Translations under genes and position numbers: made by a program | NCBI GenBank assembly: GCA_051532035.1 | Contig: JAOPTW010000013.1 | Coordinates: 1 to 64,000 of the forward strand | DNA from: Fibrobacterales bacterium | GTDB lineage: Bacteria > Fibrobacterota > Fibrobacteria > Fibrobacterales > JAOPTW01 | Direction: 5' to 3' | DNA length: 64,000 nucleotides | Part shown: in pieces, positions 57,522 through 64,000 of the stretch | Numbering within the stretch: position 1 is the first letter of the stretch | Layout: every line of letters begins with the position of its first letter | Notes under the pieces: model-generated | Database searches by the model: none | What the model was told of the DNA's origin: nothing | The model's input: the letters and a program-made list of their open reading frames with translations, nothing else

Positions 57522-60191
57522 TTATTTAAACACTATATAGAGTGCGCCAAAAGGAAGAGTGTCAGGTAATTGAAAGCGTTGCTTATGAACTGACCCTTGA
57601 TGGATGAACTCACCAGTAATTCTATAGACACTATAATTTTGTGCTGTATGAGGTGGCGACAATACATGTACTGTGCCGGGAGTATGCTGTATGAGTGTAC
57701 TCTGTTTGTAAAAAGATGTCCCAACAGCTAAAAGCGATGCCGCCCTTTCTTCCTTCATGCTTGATATACGTAAAGCAGAACTTGATGATAAAGATAACTC
57801 TGTAGAGGAATAGGATGCCACAGATTGGACTATCCCCTCTTGACCAACGCCAGGTCCATATGCATTACTGCTTAAGAGTATTGTCTCTTCTGATGATTCA
57901 ATCCCCCGTTCATTTCGAAAGTCATAGAGAGGAATTTGATGTTCCAAAATCCACCTGGCACTCCACCATCCTGTTTTGAATCCTTCATATTCGGCATAAC
58001 CCGTTTCATTTTCTATATGCATAGCATATTCAGGTTTCCAAGCGCTTTGTATCAAAGAGTGCTGATTATTTATTGCAACGATGGACCAACGAGAACTCCA
58101 CCAACCAGTTTCTCTAGGGGTAATGGCAATATGAGCCCCATTGTTTTCTAGATTAATATATTCTCCAGTCTTCACATTTTTAATTTCTGTAACTCCTGGT
58201 GCAAATTCTTCAAGAATCCAGGGGTCAGGAGTTGTGCCGATTGTAAGGGTCTCTTCAACTTGCTGTAAATAAAGCGATTTCCATGCACTTTTTATACTAT
58301 AGGTTTGGTTGGCGGGATGAATGCGGATGGTGATGGTGTCTGTTACTAAAGATCCCACCTCATCAACAACCTCCAAGATACATTGATGAATACCAACGCT
58401 CAGAGGAATAGTATCTATTATTTGATTTGATACTATAGAATCACGAGTGCGCCATGTATAGGATGTTATTTCTCCATTAGGGTCAATGCTCTGTGAACCA
58501 TCTAATACATACTGTATAAAACCAGTATTTTCTGTGTCGGTTATACTTAGGTCTTCACCAGCATCAACTATTGGGATATCCTTTGTTATCTTAAACCAAT
58601 CGAGATTGTACCCGGGCTCTTCTGCAACAAGTGCCAATGTTTGTTTACCTGCTGTAAGTTCAACCAGTTGATATACCGTGATCCAATCCTGCCAACTCCC
58701 CGTTTCATCGATCGGTGTTTTGGCAAATACCTCCGCACCACCTAAAAGTTCAAGCTTAAGAATGCCCCCACCTTGTAGGCTAGAAACTCGATAGTGCATT
58801 AAATATGAGCCATCTTCGGGTATATCAACGGTGTACGCTGCAAAACTTCCTTTACCCATTCCACCAATGTTTTTGCCTCCTTCACTTGCTGGTTCAACAA
58901 TCACTCCATGCATACTAAAATAATCTTCTGCCTCATAATGAAGAGGCGCCTTTGTATAGATCATAAGAGCGTCAATTGTTGCACTATTTCTTTCGCAGTT
59001 TTCAAGTAACACACTTTCTGCAAAACCCATCAGTGCATCAAATGCAAAAGCGGTGTCGGGCTGAGTCCCGCCATGGTTCCAGTATTGTGTAAGGGTAAAA
59101 TAATTATCATCGGGATTAATTTTATATGACCCACTTCCAGAATGTACCTTTTTCCAGGTCCACCAACTCCAGCCGATGTTATGCGATTCTAAGAGCCGTA
59201 CCGCTTCATTATACCAGGTATTGCTATTCTCACCTGATTCACTCATCCAGAGGGGGGCATTGTACGCATCGCGCATGCCAACAAAACCACTAATCGACCC
59301 ATAATTATTTTCATTCCAATATTTATGGAAACTTATACCTACGTTGGTGTCATGTACCGGCAGTGGCCAGAGTCCATTATGGTTATTACCCCAGCAATTA
59401 CCTTCAATAAAAATTATATGATTGGTATCATGTTTCCGAATTGCGGGAATCAAGCGAGCGTACATATCCCGAAGTGGCCCATTTTCTGTGTCGACACACC
59501 CTCGGTCACCCGGAACCGTAAAGCTCCAGTTGGGTTCATTCATAGGGTCATATCCCCCAACCCACGGTTCATTTGCATAGCGTTCTGCAAAATTACTCCA
59601 AAGAGCCACCATTTTTCGCTTATTCTCTTCACTTTCCCAGAGTGAGGCTTTGGTTGGATCATAATCATTAATATTGCCATTATAGCCTTGCCCACCAGGA
59701 GCTGCATGGAGATCGAGAATAACATAGAGTTCACTACGGGCGCACCATGCTATGAGACTATCAAGTCTATCGAAGCCATCGGGTAACCATGTATCTTGAC
59801 CAGAAACGGGCTCTTCTTCTATGGGGAGTGTAAAGTTATTATAGTGAAGAGAGACGCGAATGGTATTAAAGCCCGATGCTTTGAGCTCTTGAACATCTGC
59901 CTCTCTAAAAAAATTATCAAGCCATGCCGTTCTGTATTGTTCAAATTTGTCATTGCCTATTAGAGCTTTAATGTCATTAAATATTTTGTGCTGTCCTTCA
60001 TTAGCGCTTTCATTTAGGGCAAACATATACGGTTCTTGTACAAACCACCCACCGATGCCCATAGAACGGATTATAAAGTTTTCACCTGTGTCATCTATTA
60101 TTTTAGTGCCGTCCGCACGTAAGAATCCTGCTGCTGAACTGGGGGTGAGCAATAACACCGTCAGGAGTATAGTTGTAACAATTGTTTTCAT
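57522..60191 (-). CDS. Modular GH5 with CBM6-like, PKD, beta-trefoil (GWWS repeats) and C-terminal sorting-like domains
   Basis: GFNTIR, ILDLHAAPGGQ, MNEP, SFHKYW, MSESGEN; YEAED...TGSWQDW.T; DAGED...LDGS.S.DP. Confidence 0.88.
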   Translation of the reverse strand: MKTIVTTILLTVLLLTPSSAAGFLRADGTKIIDDTGENFIIRSMGIGGWFVQEPYMFALNESANEGQHKIFNDIKALIGNDKFEQYRTAWLDNFFREADVQELKASGFNTIRVSLHYNNFTLPIEEEPVSGQDTWLPDGFDRLDSLIAWCARSELYVILDLHAAPGGQGYNGNINDYDPTKASLWESEENKRKMVALWSNFAERYANEPWVGGYDPMNEPNWSFTVPGDRGCVDTENGPLRDMYARLIPAIRKHDTNHIIFIEGNCWGNNHNGLWPLPVHDTNVGISFHKYWNENNYGSISGFVGMRDAYNAPLWMSESGENSNTWYNEAVRLLESHNIGWSWWTWKKVHSGSGSYKINPDDNYFTLTQYWNHGGTQPDTAFAFDALMGFAESVLLENCERNSATIDALMIYTKAPLHYEAEDYFSMHGVIVEPASEGGKNIGGMGKGSFAAYTVDIPEDGSYLMHYRVSSLQGGGILKLELLGGAEVFAKTPIDETGSWQDWITVYQLVELTAGKQTLALVAEEPGYNLDWFKITKDIPIVDAGEDLSITDTENTGFIQYVLDGSQSIDPNGEITSYTWRTRDSIVSNQIIDTIPLSVGIHQCILEVVDEVGSLVTDTITIRIHPANQTYSIKSAWKSLYLQQVEETLTIGTTPDPWILEEFAPGVTEIKNVKTGEYINLENNGAHIAITPRETGWWSSRWSIVAINNQHSLIQSAWKPEYAMHIENETGYAEYEGFKTGWWSARWILEHQIPLYDFRNERGIESSEETILLSSNAYGPGVGQEGIVQSVASYSSTELSLSSSSALRISSMKEERAASLLAVGTSFYKQSTLIQHTPGTVHVLSPPHTAQNYSVYRITGEFIHQGSVHKQRFQLPDTLPFGALYIVFK

Positions 60192-60457
60192 AGAGTTTCC
60201 TATGGAATAAAATGACTATGGTACTCTTGTAGCCAATCAGTAATATTAAAATATATTATTAAGGTTCTATACGACAGGTCATGGAAAAGTATCAGTATCT
60301 GGTGTGGACCCCACTATCCACAGTACTGCTTTGTAAAGCTTGTTTTTACAAAGACTATTGTTTTATTCATCTGCTGTAATACACGTGGAAAGGTGTGGGT
60401 AGGTCAACGCTCTATCAACTGTGCGAGAAGATACTATTGTATATCAGTACTCTCTTT

Positions 60458-62623
60458 TTACTCCGTGTTTTCATCGGCTACACTCACTTGATTCCTGCCT
60501 TGTTGTTTTGCTTTGTACAGTGCACAGTCAGCCCGTTTAACAAGTGAATTAATGGTTTCTTTTGGTGCTATTTCTGCCACACCAAAACTGATTGTTACTA
60601 TACCGACATTTTGCACGGGATTTAGCTCAAGCTGTAGTCTTAATTTCTCCGAAAGTTTAGCGGCACCACCTGTTGTTGTGCTGGGACAGATGATTAAAAA
60701 CTCCTCTCCCCCCCAGCGTCCAATAATATCAACTTGTCGACACTTGGCCTTAAGGGTTGTAGCTATGTGGACAAGTACCTTATCACCACTGAGATGTCCA
60801 CAGGTATCATTTACTTCTTTAAAATGATCGATATCTAAAAGTATAATTGAAAAAACCTGATTGTATCTTTCAAATAAATGAAGTTGTTCAATGAGTACCT
60901 GGTCAGTTTTCACTCGATTATAGAGCGATGTAAGCTTGTCGGTGATGGATAATACCTGAAGTAATGTGTTGAACTTTTTAAGTTGATATTGTCTGTAGGC
61001 AAAGAATAAAAACACTAATGATACCGCGCCAAATAGTTCTATCATCAACATATAATCGAGCCCTTGATCATAACTGATATGTATCCAAGAATTCATAATC
61101 TCGCGGTTTTGTTTCGCATCGAGTGCTTTAATTGCATGATTAAAAATATCATTTAACAGGGGCTCATCGTTTCTTGTTCCAATACTTAACATCCACTTTT
61201 CATCGAATTTACCATTAATTTTTAGTACATTGAAGAAACGACTGTTTTGAAGAGCATATGCAGTAGATGGGAGTGTACCTATAAAACCAAAGAGCTTTCC
61301 ATTCGAAACCTGATTCAATCCATCAATTTGTGAGTTAACCTCAACAAGATTAATTGTAGGGTATTTATTTCTCAATAACTCTATTTGTGCATACCCTTTT
61401 ACAATACCCATTTTTTTATCCAAAACATCGGTAAATGATAATACAAATGGTTTGTTTTTCTTTGTGGCTATAACAAGGGGAATAACGAGATAAGGAACGG
61501 TGAAGTTCATATACTTTTCACGTGCTGGAGTACTCATTGCTAAAGAGACAATATCGCATTTTCTGGCTTTAATAAATTTTATTGATTCAGCCCAGCTGAT
61601 AGTCTCGACCAAGGTAATCGGCGTATGTAACATTTCACTGAAAAGCTTTATGTAATCAGCGCTCATTCCGATGTGTTTACCATCTACAATTTTTTCATAA
61701 GGCATCCAGTCTGGATCAATGCACATGGAAATAGATTTTTTCTTTGATAAATATTTTTTTTCAATGGGATTTGTTATTATCTGTTTTTTAAAAAAAGCAG
61801 TGTTTACCCATTTTTTCCTTATTAAATGATGCTCTTTTAACGTTATTGCTTGTATTGCTTTATCTAAGATAGACATGAGAATTGGTTTATCAATACCCAC
61901 TCCAATTCGCTGTTTAGAAATAATGCCATTAAAGCTCACGTAATTTACTTTTATATTACTAAAGAGATGTTTTTGAATTTGAAATTCAATAACTACCAGG
62001 TGACCAAAAATCCCATCTGCCTCACCGGTAGATAGTTGAGAGAGTGCTTCTTTATATGTTTCAACTTCAATTACTTCAATTGAGGGATAATTCATTGGAA
62101 TCACAGTAGCTTCAACGGTTTTTTTCTTTACAAGAAGTCGTTTGCCCTTAAACTCTTTAAGAGAGGTAAGTGCTGCGACTTCATTTCGTGTAAAGAGTGC
62201 CATGGGGATTTCGATATAGGGTCTTGTAAATACAAGTGTTTTACGGCGGTCTGGAGTAGGATTAGCATTAATAATTCCATCTGTTTTATGATGCATTGCG
62301 TTACCGAGAGCTTCTGGCCATGGTCTTGCATCAAAACGTATGGATACGCCTACCTTATTTTCGATCAATCGAATATAATCGATACTGAGCCCGTCCATTT
62401 CTCCTTTTTCATTTCGGTAGTTCATTGGTTCATAGCGGTCATCGACAGAGAGGGTGATGGAGTTATTCGATAGCCACTTGATTTCATCATCAGACAAAAC
62501 AATTGTTGAATCTGATTGGGCAAATGAAAGTGAGCCTGTAAATAGAAGCAGTAGCAGAAGAGCCGGTAACTGCCGATAATATTGCATTGTAATGCACCTT
62601 GCTTTGTTTAAAAAAGATATCAA
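60458..62623 (-). CDS. Diguanylate cyclase with two SBP_bac_3 domains
   Basis: TDKLTSLYNR, DIDHFKEVND..GH..GD, RQVD I-site, RWGGEEF, AD.ALYKAK..GRN. Confidence 0.92.
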   Translation of the reverse strand: MISFLNKARCITMQYYRQLPALLLLLLFTGSLSFAQSDSTIVLSDDEIKWLSNNSITLSVDDRYEPMNYRNEKGEMDGLSIDYIRLIENKVGVSIRFDARPWPEALGNAMHHKTDGIINANPTPDRRKTLVFTRPYIEIPMALFTRNEVAALTSLKEFKGKRLLVKKKTVEATVIPMNYPSIEVIEVETYKEALSQLSTGEADGIFGHLVVIEFQIQKHLFSNIKVNYVSFNGIISKQRIGVGIDKPILMSILDKAIQAITLKEHHLIRKKWVNTAFFKKQIITNPIEKKYLSKKKSISMCIDPDWMPYEKIVDGKHIGMSADYIKLFSEMLHTPITLVETISWAESIKFIKARKCDIVSLAMSTPAREKYMNFTVPYLVIPLVIATKKNKPFVLSFTDVLDKKMGIVKGYAQIELLRNKYPTINLVEVNSQIDGLNQVSNGKLFGFIGTLPSTAYALQNSRFFNVLKINGKFDEKWMLSIGTRNDEPLLNDIFNHAIKALDAKQNREIMNSWIHISYDQGLDYMLMIELFGAVSLVFLFFAYRQYQLKKFNTLLQVLSITDKLTSLYNRVKTDQVLIEQLHLFERYNQVFSIILLDIDHFKEVNDTCGHLSGDKVLVHIATTLKAKCRQVDIIGRWGGEEFLIICPSTTTGGAAKLSEKLRLQLELNPVQNVGIVTISFGVAEIAPKETINSLVKRADCALYKAKQQGRNQVSVADENTE

Positions 62624-62976
62624 ATAATCTCTTTACAGTTTATGATGGTTCCGGTTTTTAGTATATCACTATTAAACGTCAATTAGCTTACTAATATTGA
62701 TTAAACTAATGAAGATATCGACATACAGGGGTGGCTCTCCCCCATTTTACACCTGAGGAAGTATATAGTAGAGCTTTAACGACGCAAATTACCAACATAT
62801 CCTGCTAAAATACTGGTTTCGAATGCCTCAAGAGTGCAGCCACTATAGTACCTTATTTATAGAAATCATTGGCAGTTTGAAGGCTTGAGTGGTATAGTCA
62901 AATGAGCACTATACAAAGAAAACATTCAGAGATTGTACTGTATTCTGTTGTTTACAATATCTATGAGGAGAATTAG

Positions 62977-64000
62977 ATGTTGGGGAAAAAAACAAATATT
63001 TTAAAAATAGTATTGTTATGTCAGGGGCTTTTACTGATTTTACTTGTTATTAGTCTAGGGTATCTTCAGAGGCAACAAAATTATAACCATGAGAGAATGA
63101 ATAGTGATATTAGCAAACGGTATAATTCCCTAAGACTTTCTAATCAGCTTCGTCAAAGTTCAGATAACTTGACCAAAATAGTGCGTATGTATGCTGTATC
63201 GGGAGATAAAAAATACCAGAGGTTTTTTAATGAAATTCTCGATATCAGAGATGGGAAAAGGGAGCGTCCTTCTGAGTACCACGATATTTATTGGGATTTT
63301 AGATTGGTTGAGGAACCTGATGACACAATAACTACCGGTAGTGCGAGCTCGCTCATCTCTTTAATGGAAAAACAGGGTTTTAGCCGGGGTGAGCTTAAAC
63401 TGTTAGCAAAATCCAAGGTACTCTCCGATAGGTTGGTGAAACTTGAAACTATCGCAATCAACGCGATAGAGGGTAGGTTTCTTGATCAAAAAGGCCTCTT
63501 CACAGTAATAAAAAGTCCCGACCGAGAGTTGGCTCTTGAGATCCTCTTTAGTGATGAGTATCTGAAGGCAAAAAAAGAAATTATGCTCCCCATAAAATCA
63601 TTTATGATGCAGGTTGATGAGCGTACTTCCCAAACTCTGAAGAAAAATGAATTGGTCTTACACGCAATTGAAAAACGCCTGAATCAATGTGTTATAGTGC
63701 TGTTATTAATCATAGTTGCTTTTGCAGTAACGGTATACTATTACAGAGGAATAGTGCTTTCTGAAGAAAGTGCATTGCTGAATACCTATAAATTCCTTAT
63801 TGAACAGCCGAATCAAATGGCCTTTACTCTTGATATATTAACTGATTCATTATCATTTACAGGGGATGTTGAGGGAGTAATTGGGTATTCAGAACCAGAG
63901 TTCACCAATGTTCCAGTGGAAAAATGGAGGAGTTTACAGCACCCAGATGACCAAGAGAGGCTTACTGAAATTGTTGAAAATCTTTATGCTACCGGAGAAA
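62977..64000 (+). CDS. Partial membrane sensor protein: TM, periplasmic helical sensor, TM, PAS; runs off the window
   Basis: RBS GAGGAG; LRQSSDNLT...GD.KY...IL.IRDG..RP..Y..IYWD sensor motif; PAS HPDD; no stop seen in frame. Confidence 0.8.
   Translation, partial: MLGKKTNILKIVLLCQGLLLILLVISLGYLQRQQNYNHERMNSDISKRYNSLRLSNQLRQSSDNLTKIVRMYAVSGDKKYQRFFNEILDIRDGKRERPSEYHDIYWDFRLVEEPDDTITTGSASSLISLMEKQGFSRGELKLLAKSKVLSDRLVKLETIAINAIEGRFLDQKGLFTVIKSPDRELALEILFSDEYLKAKKEIMLPIKSFMMQVDERTSQTLKKNELVLHAIEKRLNQCVIVLLLIIVAFAVTVYYYRGIVLSEESALLNTYKFLIEQPNQMAFTLDILTDSLSFTGDVEGVIGYSEPEFTNVPVEKWRSLQHPDDQERLTEIVENLYATGE

Noticed and set aside
60300..60323. TGGTGTGGACCCCACTATCCACAG (and TGGCTCTCCCCCATTTT near 62732) as IS3-like ends
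   Set aside because: Too short and degenerate, unpaired, no transposase.
691..62473. Many short ORFs antisense to or overlapping long genes in the ORF track
   Set aside because: Shadow frames of well-supported CDSs with no recognisable motifs.
62760..62830. GACGCAAA suggesting a c-di-GMP-I riboswitch beside the diguanylate cyclase
   Set aside because: No GGCAAA/GNRA-capped stem or other required pairing.
1..64000. CRISPR array, rRNA, tRNA, prophage or defence genes
   Set aside because: No regularly spaced repeats, RNA gene signatures or matching proteins seen by eye.

Overview
AT-rich bacterial chromosomal window. The Ser-rich lipoproteins, CotH paralogues, CAZymes with short C-terminal sorting-like tails and a gingipain-like protease suggest a polysaccharide-degrading Fibrobacterota/FCB-group organism; this is inferred, not verified. 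1-16 kb is an accessory mosaic: orphan binding proteins, a GH51-like hydrolase, a PAS-adenylate cyclase, a TonB receptor, sigZ-arsM, and AT-rich orphans separated by three degenerate copies of one transposase-like 3' end. 16-32 kb encodes secreted or surface proteins: a C25 protease with carbohydrate-binding modules, a serine hydrolase, two CotH kinases and a GH5. 32-54 kb is a 22-kb minus-strand signalling locus: hybrid kinases with 4 and 2 Venus-flytrap domains, cheW, cheA, a NIT-domain chemoreceptor, two HDOD proteins, further kinases and regulators, a sigma54 activator and a ChpT-like pseudokinase. 54-64 kb holds a dual esterase, a modular GH5, a diguanylate cyclase and a partial sensor gene. 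The strongest hidden signal is in the signalling locus: three -24/-12 sigma54 promoters, each preceded by copies of the palindrome TTCTA-N5-TAGAA, with near-identical spacing at two of them. This points to a self-contained sigma54 regulon controlling a nitrate-linked chemosensory system. No rRNA, tRNA or CRISPR array was seen.
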